The notes beneath the pieces are model-generated. The model was given only the letters and a program-made list of their open reading frames with translations. It was not told the origin of the DNA and searched no databases. Positions 25,131 through 38,893 of a stretch of DNA of 64,000 nt are shown in pieces; within the stretch, counting starts at the first letter, position 1; each line of letters starts with the position of its first letter. The DNA comes from Octopus vulgaris (Eukaryota), in contig OX597820.1 of NCBI GenBank assembly GCA_951406725.2, positions 118,916,001-118,980,000 of the forward strand. The letters run 5' to 3'. Both the position numbers and the translations under genes were made by a program.

Positions 25131-25808
25131 CTGCAAGTAATGGTGGAATGAAAAGCTGGATAAGCAGTAATGAATAGAAGTGGAAGCAGATAATCAGATA
25201 GTGATTCAAACGGATTTACGTCGACGTCTGTTGGCCACAAATAGATTCCTCTCATTCATGTAGGTTGAAATTTTGTTTAGTTAAATTGAACAGGTTATAT
25301 GCCTTGTACTTATTTCATCGATCCTGGAGCGATGCAAGAACAAAGTTACCCCTCTTAACAGAAGTAACTAAATAGAAGAAGGAATTTGCTATTTATTCAG
25401 AGTTTTAATAGGCCTCATACAACACCGCATTAAATTGCATGTTTACAAAATATGTTTATAAAGATTAGTACATTAGTGTGTTGTGATTTAACAGTGTCGA
25501 GCCAGATTAAATGGAAAGTGAACCCGACTGATGCAGGATTAGAAGTGTAAACATAAAGCGAACCTTCTATACACAACACCGCGTTGATTTTTCGAGTTCT
25601 TGAGAATTTCTACGTCTTCACCGCATTAAGAATGTGTGAATTGAAGTTCAATGAAATGAAATATTGCAGACTTATTTCAAATTTAAGGAAAAACAAATAT
25701 ATCGATATGTAAACATACACATTGCAGGAACATTTGCATACAAATTGATGATTGATAGATTAATAGATTGATTGAAACAGAGAGAACCATACGAGATAGT
25801 GAGTGAGA

Positions 25809-25882
<74 letters not shown>

Positions 25883-26007
25883 GCGAGAGGTAGGCGGAGT
25901 GGAGAGTAAGAGATAAAAATTGCCAGAAATGCGTAATGAATAATATAAGCGCTAGATGTTAAACAGAAAAGTAGAAAGTGGCAATAATATATGGTGTAAT
26001 TGCTTAG

Positions 26008-26041
<34 letters not shown>

Positions 26042-26173
26042 TTAAATCTGTAAGTAACAAAAGAGAAACAACTAGGAAGTAAGAGAAAAAGAAAGTGTTA
26101 TTATTTGTAGAGATCATTAAATGGAGATAAGAAAGTACGTCGCGAACATGTACGTGCATGAATAGGATACAGT

Positions 26174-26220
<47 letters not shown>

Positions 26221-26328
26221 TATACTTATATATATATACATATATATATATTGTATATATATATTTATGTATGTATATATATGTATACATATATGTATGT
26301 ATGTATATATATATATATATATATATAG

Positions 26329-26472
26329 TTATTCCAAACAAGAAAGCTCAAAAAAACAACACAACAACGCAAGGACGTGGATAAAATATAGTATTACTGG
26401 ACGCTCAGGAAAAAAGGAAAGAAGGAGGGTTTAACGTTTCGAGCGGAGCTCTTCGTCGGAAACATAGGAGAA

Positions 26473-26475
<3 letters not shown>
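26329..26475 (-). mobile_element. Penelope-like terminal-repeat fragment with hammerhead-like motif (26429-26463)
   Basis: Minus strand GTTT-CCGACGA-A-GAGC-TCC-GCTC-GAAA-CG-TT-AAAC; (TA)n on both sides. Confidence 0.72.
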
Positions 26476-26533
<58 letters not shown>

Positions 26534-26704
26534 TCAATATAGGGTGGCAAAAAACATAGAATTTTTTGCCACGGCTAGTGGATAGTCATAGACCATTTAT
26601 AAATTCAACATCACAATCAGGAACGGCCATAATATATATATATATATATATATACGATATATAATATATATCTAAACTATATTTTTTTATATATGTTGCT
26701 TGCG

Positions 26705-26745
<41 letters not shown>

Positions 26746-26750
<5 letters not shown>

Positions 26751-27394
26751 ACCTTTCCATGGCTCTTAGAGCCGTTACCAGTCTCTGTTCTTCTGTCTTT
26801 GTTGTAACCCATGTTTCGCTACCATATAACATTGCAGGTAGAACTGTACTGATGATGAGGTTGGCGCGGGTTGTCCTGTCCAACCTTCCCTTGAGCACAT
26901 CCCTTATGCCATTAAACGCCTTCCATCCGGCCCTTTCTCTCCGTGAGATCTCCTTTTCGATATCTCGGCACATATTCACTTCCTGTCCCAGGTAGACATA
27001 TTCTTTTACCTCCTCTATTTCATCACTGCCGAACTCCATTTGATCTGTTGGTACATTGTCTCGTTGAGAGAGCACATAAGTAGCGTAATCATCAGAAAGA
27101 AGTCCGGCGTGAGGGATGTCATCGCAGAGTATACACGCAGCAAGTATAGATGGGCTGGACACGTCGCCCGGCTCACCTATAATCGGTGGATCCGTGCAGT
27201 TGTCGAGTAGTACCTGCGCGAGCGGAAACGATCACTCGAAAGGCCTCCACGACGGTGGAGTTACGATTTTAGGAGAACGATTGGGATCACATGGATGAGA
27301 TAGGTGCGATCCAGAGAGGGGTGGACAGCGTGCCGTGACCAGCGGTGTCAAATGGACGCCTGATGGACTGGTCGGACAAGATGATCAAGGTGAT
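26746..27394. mobile_element. RTE LINE insertion with 5' inversion (- 26746-27057, + 27058-27394)
   Basis: Minus: EIEEVKEYVYLGQ...VLPAMLYGSETW...RAMERSL. Plus: SLREHI..IRKKSGVRDVI...KYRWAGHVAR..NRW...RPPRRW; tail (CAAGRTGAT)2. Confidence 0.92.
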
Positions 27395-27826
27395 ATACAT
27401 ACATAAAATATATATATATATCAATTTTTTTAAATATTTTCCCAAGATTTCCCTTGTAAACTGTTTTTAACAGGTTCTTATTATTATCAAAGAATGTATA
27501 TATATATATTGTAATATTTTGTGACAACCAGTACCTAACACAACAAAGCTTTTACATGTTACTTTTGACAATCTTTTTCTAAAATAGTGAAACCGGTCAA
27601 GTAAATAAACATCTCTTAAAATTGCATTTTCAAACCTTCTTTCATATATAATTCCACTCGTGCGGTATCTTACAACTCCACTTTTTATACATACACACAC
27701 ATATATATATATACATTCATATATATATATGTATGTATATATGTATATATATATATACATACACATATATATATATATTTACATACACACATACATATAT
27801 ATGATTATATATACATACATAATGCG

Positions 27827-27898
<72 letters not shown>

Positions 27899-28796
27899 TC
27901 GTGTATGTATGTATTTATGTAGATGTATATACTTGTAACACACAGTGTATGTATCAATATCTCGTTTCAATATATTCGATTTTCAACATAAAAGCACAGA
28001 CTAACAGAAGCGCCATACATGTGTGTGCGTGTGTGTATGTGTGTGTGTATGTGTGTGCACGTGTGTGTGTGCGTGTACGTGTGTGTAGATTGAAACAAAA
28101 AAGATACGTTGAAAAGTAAATTGAAAACTATCGTAAAACACTACTATCTCATCAACAAGAACTTTAAAACCGACAACAACAATGAAAACAAAAAAAAAAA
28201 AGAAACCAAAGACAAACTTATAACAAATACGAGAACGCCATTATATTTGGAAGGGAGCTAACTCTGGACAGAGGTTACTTTTTTTTTTCAGTTAACGACA
28301 ATACAGTGAAATTCCCCGAACTCTAATAAATCAGTTTCGAAACATCAAGGCTTGACATTTATATCTCCCAACACTACCGATATAACTCTATTTCTTAATA
28401 CAAACTACACTAATATTGCTGCTGCTGTTGTTGTTATTGTTTTGTTATTTATTTTTGTCTCAAGTTCTTGCTGCAGTTCTTGTTCGACCAGGAATATTTA
28501 TCTCAAATTATTTTAGTTGAAACTAGAAAAAACGAACTTTATGAGAGAAGCGTCATGATGTCCATTTAACGTACATACTCGCTGTTATATCCTATTGTTT
28601 TTTGTTTTGAAATTGTGTTAAATAAAAATACGCATTAAATTATTTCATCGTATATGTGAGACAACCAACAGGAACCCCTTTTCCAGTATAACTTCTTTAA
28701 GGAATAATACAGCAGACTACTAACGACCAGTTTGTCGATGTCCACCGATATATGACTCATAGATAATAATATAAAACAAAGTAAAAATAAAGTAAA

Positions 28797-29095
28797 TCTT
28801 TATATATAAAAGTGAAGTTGTGTGAGTGTCTCCTACGATTTAGATTCCTAACTACTCCCACATTTTGCGGTGCAGTTTAACCAAAACCGGGTATCTTATA
28901 GTCGTGATTCATATCGAGCCCTTCTGGGTATTAGCGCGCGTCTACGATGAGTCTACGATTTAAAAAAAAATTTACCATAATTTTTTCCCATTTTTAATGC
29001 ACTTTTTTGCTATTATATAAGGGAGGTAACTCTCTAAAAATGCTTATATAGTTATTTCCCTTACAAACCTGAGCAACGCCGGGCGATACTGCTAG
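28797..29095 (+). mobile_element. Non-autonomous Helitron copy H4 (short form)
   Basis: A|TC...CTAG|T; lacks both the tandem duplication and the MITE-derived insert. Confidence 0.9.
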
Positions 29096-29194
29096 TTATG
29101 TATAAAATGTATATTATGGAGATGTACTTGCATAGCAAGTGACCTGATCTGAGATCGTGTGCTGGAACGAAAACAATTGCAGCGTGGTAAGCGT

Positions 29195-29245
29195 TTTGTC
29201 AGTGAACAGGTCGCGGTCTGAAAGCGACGAAAATATTTTGGCAAA
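29195..29245 (+). ncRNA. Second copy of the G3-C8 hammerhead-like motif
   Basis: TTTGTCA-GTGAACA-G-GTCGC-GGTCTGAAA-GCGAC-GAAA-ATAT-TT-TGGCAAA; palindromic AAAATATTTT at stem III. Confidence 0.7.
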
Positions 29246-29956
29246 TTAAATTTAAATATTAAAGTATATTTAAAATTCAATAAAAGGCTACACGGTGGTG
29301 GCCAGCTGGCAGAATTGTTAGGCCGGGCATAATGCTTAGCGGCATTTTGTCTCGCTTTACGCCCGGAGTTCAAATTCCTCTGAGGTCCGCTGTGCCTTTC
29401 ATCCTTTGGGGTCGATAGAACGAGTACCTGTTGAGCACTGTAACTACCACCCCAAGAAAAAAATTACTGGTCTTGATAAAAAATTTGAAATCAGTATAAC
29501 AACCAGTATTTATAATGCAAAATATTATGGAAATGAAAGTATGACTAAGATATACAACACGAAATGTTTGTGGTTAAGAAAAAAGTAAAACGAAAAGAAC
29601 TATTAAGATCTTAGAGTCCCCTTATCGCAAGGTCGATGAACAAAAATATTTCTGTAATTTTAGGCCGGAGTATTTGGCTTTTCTTCATTGTTATATCTTC
29701 GAGGCCACTGGATGGTGTTTGTAACAATGAAGCAGGAATAATAGCCGGAGTGACAGCAAGTAAAACAGTCGGAAAATACCAACAAAATTAATAGACATTT
29801 TTTTTTTTGAGAGAAACAACATTTTGTGAAATATTTTTCTTCTACATATTTCTCCGTACATTTTCGTTGATTAAATGAAGTGTGAGCAATCAGTTGGAGA
29901 AGAAATGAAATAAAGCAGATTTATAAAATGACGCCACCATATGTATGACCACTAAT

Positions 29957-30282
29957 TGGAAGCACTCCGTCGGTTACGACGATGAGGGTTCCGGTTGATC
30001 CGAATCAACGGAACAGCCTGCCCGTGAAATTAACGTGCAAGTGGCTGAGCACTCCACAGACACGTGTACCCTTAACGTAGTTCTCGGGGATATTCAGTGT
30101 GACACAGAGAGTGACAAGGCCGGTCCTTTGAAATACAGGTACAACAGAAACAGGAAGTAAGAGTGAGAGAAAGTTGTGGCAAAAGAGTACAGCAGGGATC
30201 ACCACCATCCCCTGCCGGAGCCTCGTGGAGCTTTTAGGTGTTTTCGCTCAATAAACACTCACAACGCCCGGTCTGGGAATCG
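29957..30282 (-). mobile_element. SINE family C, 5'-truncated
   Basis: 12-bp TSD ATGACCACTAAT at 29945 and 30283. Confidence 0.92.
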
Positions 30283-31514
30283 ATGACCACTAATACGACA
30301 AGTATCAACGGTGATCGCCCTTGTATAGGAAAACAAAACACAATGAAATATTGTTGAGCCTGACTTGGGTCATAATCGAAACCCTAGGACCATGTCTGGA
30401 ATTTCAATTCAGCTTTTATAACCTACTGAAAAATTGAATCTTGTTATATATATTAGTTTTAACAACGTTAGTCTGTTGTTCTAATCAACAATACTTTATT
30501 ATTTTCTTGTGAACTCAATTTTGATAAACGACTGAAATTAGAGTTTTCAATTCAATTTGATCTCAAATGTTATTTCTGAAGCTCGTAGAGGCTACGTAAC
30601 TACGTTTGATCTTTCGTAAAAAATTCTTTCTGTTTATGGAATATACAGAATAGTTTTCGCCTCGTCGATATCGAAGTGAAATCTTAACCGTTCGACTAGG
30701 CTTTTCATTCGACCAGCTTCGATAAAATAGGTATCAATAATATACTGATGATGATGTAATAGATTACAGCATTCTTTTTCCATAATTTGCCTCATGCTAA
30801 AGTAAGGAATCTGTTTTAGAGAAACTTGCATTTTATATGTCTATGTGTTCAAGTTTGTTTCTCATAACACTTTCATTCACATTATGTATGTCTTTATTCT
30901 GATGCTTATCATTCTAAATATTGCCATATATCAAGAAAGTTATGCACTAAGACCTCATATCTATAAAGTATAGAAGGGTGATCTCGTAAAACAAATCCTA
31001 TCTAATGCCAACATCAACAGAAGAAAACGTCCACAGACGACGCCACCCTCACAAACGGTCCCGCGTATCTGCAATGATATACGGTATGAGTGCATATTAA
31101 AAATATATTGTTATTTGTACGTTCTACAAGAGTTAACAAACCATTATAAACCAACCTACCCATCAATAAAGCAATATTTAACAGGAACAACTTCAATGCA
31201 AACCATAACTCTTAGCAATCCACCTTTCACACATACCCTCCAACACCAATGCCACTACTACCGCAACTACGATCAGCCCCACCATCATCATTATCACCAG
31301 CAATAAAATTGGCGGCTCGGCGAAATAAACGTCTCAACCATCTTCGCCATGCTCAATATAAGTATATCATTCTCCATTAATCATTTCGAATCTTGAAAAA
31401 GATCAGCCTCTAGGTTATTAACCAGTGTTTTCTATGTTCATACGGAAGCGATATTTAGGGAGAAATACAGAAGAGAGAAGAAAATAGAGAGACAATAAGG
31501 GGGAAACGATTGAT

Positions 31515-31567
<53 letters not shown>

Positions 31568-32130
31568 AAAGAGGAAGGAAGGGGAAGTGGAACGATATAG
31601 AATATGAGATATATTCATTTGTGATAAAAGAGAAAATGAAAGGAGTAAATTCCAAACAAGCAGGATAAGGGAATAATGTCGGTGTTGTATAAACAATATA
31701 AGCGATCATTTCTTTGTATTTATGCACAGGATACTTTAGGCTCTCACTTGGCCGCGAATAGGTGATGCTGGCTTCCAAATGCTGATGCCTCAACCGTGAA
31801 CGAATTGACCGCTCAACAAGCTAACAGAGAACAATGGATGAATAACAAGAGGAAATGAATAAATAAGCCGGGCATTAAGCATCAGACCAATATTCTACAA
31901 TACGCTCGCAAACATACGATGTGAGGTTTCTTGCTCGGAGTTAAACTGTTAGTGAGCTATCCAATTCAAATTTTTCGCATTAAATTAATGCATTTATGCA
32001 AAGCAGTTCGTTCTACTTTACTCAATTGTAATTACCCTATACTTTCAGATGAATATGGTACCTAAGTTGAGGCAAAAGAATTTAGTTCGGTATTATCCAT
32101 ACAATTTCAAAATAAGGTAATTAGAATCGA

Positions 32131-32414
32131 AATAAGCAACAAGGATATCCAGAGGCAATGGAGTACGATCGTTTCAAGCAACTCTATTTAATTGAACAAT
32201 GCAACCATTACATCAATATAAATGCAGCTTAAAATCAATATAAATTCAATTTAAATCCTCAGCTGCATAAAGACATAGATTTTAATTAAATTAAAACAGA
32301 TGGAGACATTAGTATAATTTTACCTCTGCTTTTAAATTGATGTAATGGTAGCATTGTTCAATTAAATGGAGTTGCTTGAAACGATCGTACGGCATTACTT
32401 TTGGATATCCCTGT

Positions 32415-32415
<1 letters not shown>
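32131..32415. mobile_element. Inverted-repeat element (~85-bp arms) containing a hammerhead-like motif on the minus strand (32158-32268)
   Basis: Arms GGATATCC..TACGATCGTTTCAAGCAACTC..ATTACATCAAT and its reverse complement. A half copy lies at 9181-9233. Confidence 0.7.
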
Positions 32416-32449
<34 letters not shown>

Positions 32450-32516
32450 ATAGGACAACAAAAGAATGAATGAAACCTTTATATTTTGTAATTAGAGGAA
32501 TTTATCTATAATTATA

Positions 32517-32706
32517 ATATGTGCCAATTAGTTGGTTGTTATTATAAAACTCAGAGTTTGGATGTCGGGGCTGATGTCTGTTCCGGCACCTCATCAGTTA
32601 TTAATTCAAACCAGGGTGTTTGTCTTAATAACTGATGAGATGCCGGAGCAGACTTCATCGCCGGCATCTGAAACTCTGAGTTTTATTATGAAAACCAGTT
32701 AATTGC

Positions 32707-32712
<6 letters not shown>
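32517..32712. mobile_element. Inverted pair of hammerhead-like motifs (near-intact plus copy 32626-32688)
   Basis: TAATAA-CTGATGA-GATGCCGG..CCGGCATC-T-GAAA-CTCTGAG-TT-TTATTA. The left arm is its diverged reverse complement. Confidence 0.78.
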
Positions 32713-32796
<84 letters not shown>

Positions 32797-33350
32797 TACA
32801 TAAAACAATGTTGGTTGGATCGCCATGATCGAAGTACTATTCCACCTTTTTGACATGATATACTGGAAGATAGTGGATTGTATGCCATGATGGAATTAAT
32901 ACATCAGTAAAATTTTGTGGAAATATTCGTAAATTTTATATCCTATTTGCGTTCTCTTGATATATATAATTATACACACACGTGTGTGCGTGTATTTCGC
33001 TTTGAATTCCTGGCAGAATCAATAATAGAATAGCATGATAAATATTCAACTGAAATCCCTTCGGATAGGAAAAGTGGAGCGTTAGTCATCTTTACGAGTG
33101 ATTTGACTGCTTCTCTTCCAGGTAACTCTCGACTTACTCTATAGAAAGCGGTTTTTGATTTCGATATTTGCATGGCATTATTTATAGATTTATCTACCTC
33201 GAACTCAACCGTCAAGAATAAATTAATTGACATCTCTCAACGTTACTAAATTCCTATAGCGTCCAAAACTATTCATACGCACACACATACACACACACAC
33301 TTACACACATATATATATATGTATGTATATATATATACATATATATAAAT

Positions 33351-33423
<73 letters not shown>

Positions 33424-33424
<1 letters not shown>

Positions 33425-33546
33425 GAGAAATACACCTTAATCAATAATCAACTACCAGATTATACCCATTCACATAATTTATTAACCAACTACTATGTGA
33501 ATGGGTATTATCTGGTAGTTGATTATTGATTAAGGTGTATTTCTCC
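33424..33546. repeat. Near-perfect hairpin: 53-bp arms, 17-nt loop
   Basis: 33424-33476 versus 33494-33546, with one mismatch. Confidence 0.92.
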
Positions 33547-34738
33547 ATTTTCTTATTTTGTATTATTAATTTGTAGTAAAACATTTTACCTTCGCCCATA
33601 TAATACAGTAAATGAATTAATTGCATCGCAATTCTTAACATTTATGTATTAACTTTGTTGGGTGCTTAACTAGCAGTATATTGGATATATGTTATCCCAT
33701 GGTGGGTTGCACTCACAACCCCCTATCTCAATTTGTAAATTTATATATATGTATATATATATGTTGTGTGAATGTTTTGTTTGTATGGTCAGTTATAACA
33801 ATAATTTAAAATTAATTTGGTGAGTTACTCTATAGTTTTGTGCAAATTATTATTCTAAAACTAGAATACTATTAACCGCCAGCCAATTTATCATCCGATG
33901 ACGGCTTAACTGGCCGACACTTCGAAGTCACAGTCAATAATACTGTTATTTAAGAATAATGAATGAATGAATAAATATATATATCTTTATGTGTTTATGT
34001 ATGTATATGTATATCATGGGTGGGTGTATGTAACGCTATGAAAGCATGAAAGTGCAATGACACAATGGTCTAGAGATTCATACCGAAATCATTTTCAGAG
34101 CAGGAAATGGGGAGTGAATTGTTACAAAATAGAAACGTGTACTCCCTAGATTGCGGTACCTTTCGGTTGAAAATGTTATAACTTATGCATTGAAATACAT
34201 ATCTGTCATTTGTAGAACCGAGCGTACACAGACATATATCTCAGTGCCAGTTCTTTGAATTCAAAGCATGTAATCAGAAAAATATAGAATTTGCTTGAAA
34301 TTCTATCGAAGCCGAGATTTGTAAGAGAAATCGGATAGATGCAAATGATTTTGGAAGGCTCTGCAATAGATTTCTAAAGGGATTTCCAAATTCCCGCCTT
34401 GTCACACTCTATACACGCATCTGATTAAATCTGAGAGCATTACACGAAGCGGGTACATGAATCGGTGGAAGAATCTGCCAGTCGGCGCGTCATTCAAAGA
34501 ACAGGTATTTGGGGTTGATCGAAGAACTTAACACAAAGTATTGAACCCAACGGCGAGCCAGTTTCTGGCCCTCAAAATTTTGCCAAAGGAAAACAAGGAT
34601 TGCTTAACGATATATCTATACATATGTATACACGCATACATGTATGTACACGAATATGTGTGCGTATGAATATACTTACTTCGAAACTCGATAGAACTTA
34701 CTTGGAAATGGATGCGGAGCGCTCAATCATTTAATAAT

Positions 34739-34811
<73 letters not shown>

Positions 34812-35731
34812 CGTATATGCACGAATTTACATATATACGTATATACATATTCATATGTGGGCACAGGACGTCACAGAACGTAAACAACATAAAATACGAA
34901 AACATGAAATATGAAATACGAATACATGGAATACGAAAATGTTTTTGCAAATAACGAAAGAAACAAATGGTAAACAAGACAAGCAACACAAAGAATGACC
35001 CTTCTTCTGCTGTCGGCTGTTTTCTAATCCGTATTTCGAGCTATTCACGACAAGATAACAGTAGCTCCCGCAAAGCAAATTAAATAAAATTTGGGATTTC
35101 GTGGAGGGTCAAAATTAGTAACAAAAACAGGACAGTGAAAATAAACAAGAAGGGCTGCTAAGCCTAAACGAGGTTGTGGTGGCGAACGCGGGGGATTAAA
35201 CTTGGACAGGAGACAGACAAGAGTGCGTCTCATCTCTCCAGCTGGGTCAGAAGGAAAGAAACACAAGTTAGGCAAAGAAATAAAGATGGCTTGTACAGAT
35301 ACGTATGTATATATGCATATATATATATTGTTTATATTATTATATGATTGAACACCACGCATCCATTCCCAAATAAGTTTTATCTTAATAATTATGATGC
35401 GACACTTCTTTTCTATTCTGTTACTCTTTCGTTTTCTCTCTTCCTTTCTCTAATTCTTTCCATCTCCACTCCTCTCCATCTCGTTTTTTACTCACTTATC
35501 CTTTCTTTCGTTCTTTCCTCTCCCCTTCGCCATTCTCTGTCTGGCATTCTCTCTCCCTCACTCTTCCTCCTTTGCACTCTTGTTGCTCCCCCGTGGCCGC
35601 GAGCCATCTGTAAGGTTAGAAATGTAGTGTATATCTTATGATATACTGAGAGACGGTGCAGAAACATGACAACTACCTATATTGGAGAGACTGTACAACA
35701 ATATAAAATGATATATATACAACAATATAAA

Positions 35732-35777
<46 letters not shown>

Positions 35778-35994
35778 ATGATAACTAAATACATGAAGAC
35801 GTGTTTATAAGCGTTATTTAAATACAGATATTTAAACTCATCAAAATGTGTGTGTATGTGTGTGTTTGCTTGCGTGTTTGCGCATATACATATATATATA
35901 TGTGCACCTTTATATATGCATATATATCTACTTGTATGCTTACATCCATCCCTCCATTCTTCCATCAATTCACCCATCCATACATTTGTGCGCG

Positions 35995-36027
<33 letters not shown>

Positions 36028-36052
36028 GTAATATAAATTTATATATGGCTAC

Positions 36053-36253
36053 TTATTTCTTTATTACCCAGAAAGGGCTAAACACAGAGGGGACAAACAA
36101 GGACAGACAAACGGATTAAGTCGATTGCATCGACCCCAGTGCGTAACTGGTACTTAATTTATCGACCCCGAAAGGATGATAGGCAAAGTCGACCTCGGCG
36201 GAATTTGAACTCACAACGTAACGCCCGGCGTGCTAACGTTTATGCCAGTTCGC
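36053..36253 (-). mobile_element. SINE family A (internal deletion)
   Basis: Reverse-complement homology to family A. Confidence 0.88.
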
Positions 36254-36616
36254 CATGGCTACCATTATCCAAATGCTGCAACAATGGAACGAAGCGCTTT
36301 GTGACCAGCGGTTTATAACTACATCCGATAATCTGGCCAAATAAAGGATACAGTAATATACATCCGTATATTACCCTATCATCTCTCTCGCTCTCTCTCG
36401 CTCTCCGTGAGTACATATATATATATATATATATATATATGATATTAAATTAGAGATAAAACCACTATTAGGCAAATCAAACAGTGAGAATCATAAGCCA
36501 ATACATAGGAATAAAATTAATTAAAAAAATATAAAATATAGAAAATATAAAATTCCAAATTAAAATATTTAAATTAAAGTTAAAATTTTAAAAAATTATT
36601 TAAATAATTTAAACTC

Positions 36617-36657
<41 letters not shown>

Positions 36658-36797
36658 GTATTATTATTATTTTATTTTATTTTATTTATTTATTTATTTA
36701 CTTTTATTATTATTATTATTATTATTTTTTTAATTTTTAAACAATTTTTAAAATTTAAAATTAAAAATTTTTTTTTTTATATATATATATATATATA

Positions 36798-36836
<39 letters not shown>

Positions 36837-36929
36837 ATATGTCTAACTAGAGAGTGAGAGACAAAGGGTAATAAAATAAATATATTTTTACATTCCTACA
36901 TATATATTTATACATGCATGCTCGTGGTA

Positions 36930-37230
36930 CGTTCACGTGGACACATGTGCATATACATGTATATAATCAATTTTGAACCCGGCATCCTTGATTATGAGTC
37001 TTTCGTCCGCTCCTTCTGAGCCACTACCAATCCCTCCAACAAAGCAGTCTATAGTTATATCGAAAAAAGCCTGGAAGTGAAAACGTCCATTTTGAGTTTG
37101 AGCGAGCAAGTAATGAGATAAGGCACGTGGTTTCACTGCCCGGTCACGTGCTCGCGTTCCGCCGTCATGACGTACCGCGTGATTTGGAATCTCGGTCCGA
37201 TTGCCTGTCACCTGTGTTAATTGCGTTGGT
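36930..37230. promoter_or_regulatory. CpG-rich unique stretch with clustered E-boxes and a CRE-like site (candidate enhancer or promoter)
   Basis: CACGTG at 36934, 37124 and 37145; TGACGT at 37168; CACCTG at 37209. Confidence 0.3.
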
Positions 37231-37508
37231 CTTTTATTCAGTACCAACACTTTGAATCGCTGCCAAAAACATTAGCTGCCCAAAGACTCCTTGTAAATAC
37301 CCCAACGTCTTGCACATACAAATATTCTTCATTTGTGTGTGTGAGAGTGTCTGCGTGTGTGTATGAGAGTGTCTGCGTGTGTGTGTGAGAGTGTCTGCGT
37401 GTGTGTGTGCGGGTGTGTATTTGTAAGAGTGTGTAAACCTAATATATGTGTGTATATACGATACATACACATTATTTGTCGAATATAGCTATACAAGCAT
37501 ATAATACA

Positions 37509-37648
<140 letters not shown>

Positions 37649-37724
37649 TATATATATATATGTATATATACATACATATATATACACACATATACATACA
37701 TATATATATATATACGGATGTATG

Positions 37725-37804
<80 letters not shown>

Positions 37805-37922
37805 CATAGATATACCCTTACACATATATACAATAATTATAACTAGATTTGGCTCTAGTGCAAACATACAAACAGCTGGATGCACGAAAATTGAATGTGT
37901 GTGTGTGCTTGAGCGTGTGTGT

Positions 37923-37960
<38 letters not shown>

Positions 37961-38073
37961 AGCAGACGCAGTCACAACAGACACGCATATATACATACAT
38001 AAAAGTGTGTATTTGTATGCATTTATAAAGATGTTTGTGTATTCATCAACTTGCTTATTTTTCATTGACATCA

Positions 38074-38111
<38 letters not shown>

Positions 38112-38366
38112 CCACCCATACACACATACATACATATCACATTTAGCCACCCACCAAGTCGCGGAAACAAACTTCTCCACTCCGCCCCACCAAACACAGC
38201 TAGCAGTTCAACCAACCAACCAACCAACCAGCCAACCACGCTGTAAGCTTCTTTATAAGAAGGACATTCTATAAACAACAAATAAAAAAACTAACAACAG
38301 CGCAGAAGCAGATTAAAAACACGACCGAACATAAAGCAAATCGTAGTCTCCAACAATAGCTCTGAT

Positions 38367-38566
<200 letters not shown>

Positions 38567-38782
38567 TTATACATATATACATGCATATACATACATATAT
38601 ATATATACACACGTACATATACATGCACATATATATATATATACACACACACATACACACATATACATATGTATGTATGGATGGATGGATGGATATACAG
38701 GTATATTTTTTTATGTTTTTGTATATATGTGTGTATGGCTATATATGTTTAGTTCGTCTGTATATATATGTATATATATGTA

Positions 38783-38859
<77 letters not shown>

Positions 38860-38862
38860 ATC

Positions 38863-38893
<31 letters not shown>

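Noticed and set aside
34061-34600. CACAATGG start resembling a Transib/Chapaev terminus
   Set aside because: No matching right TIR or TSD found.
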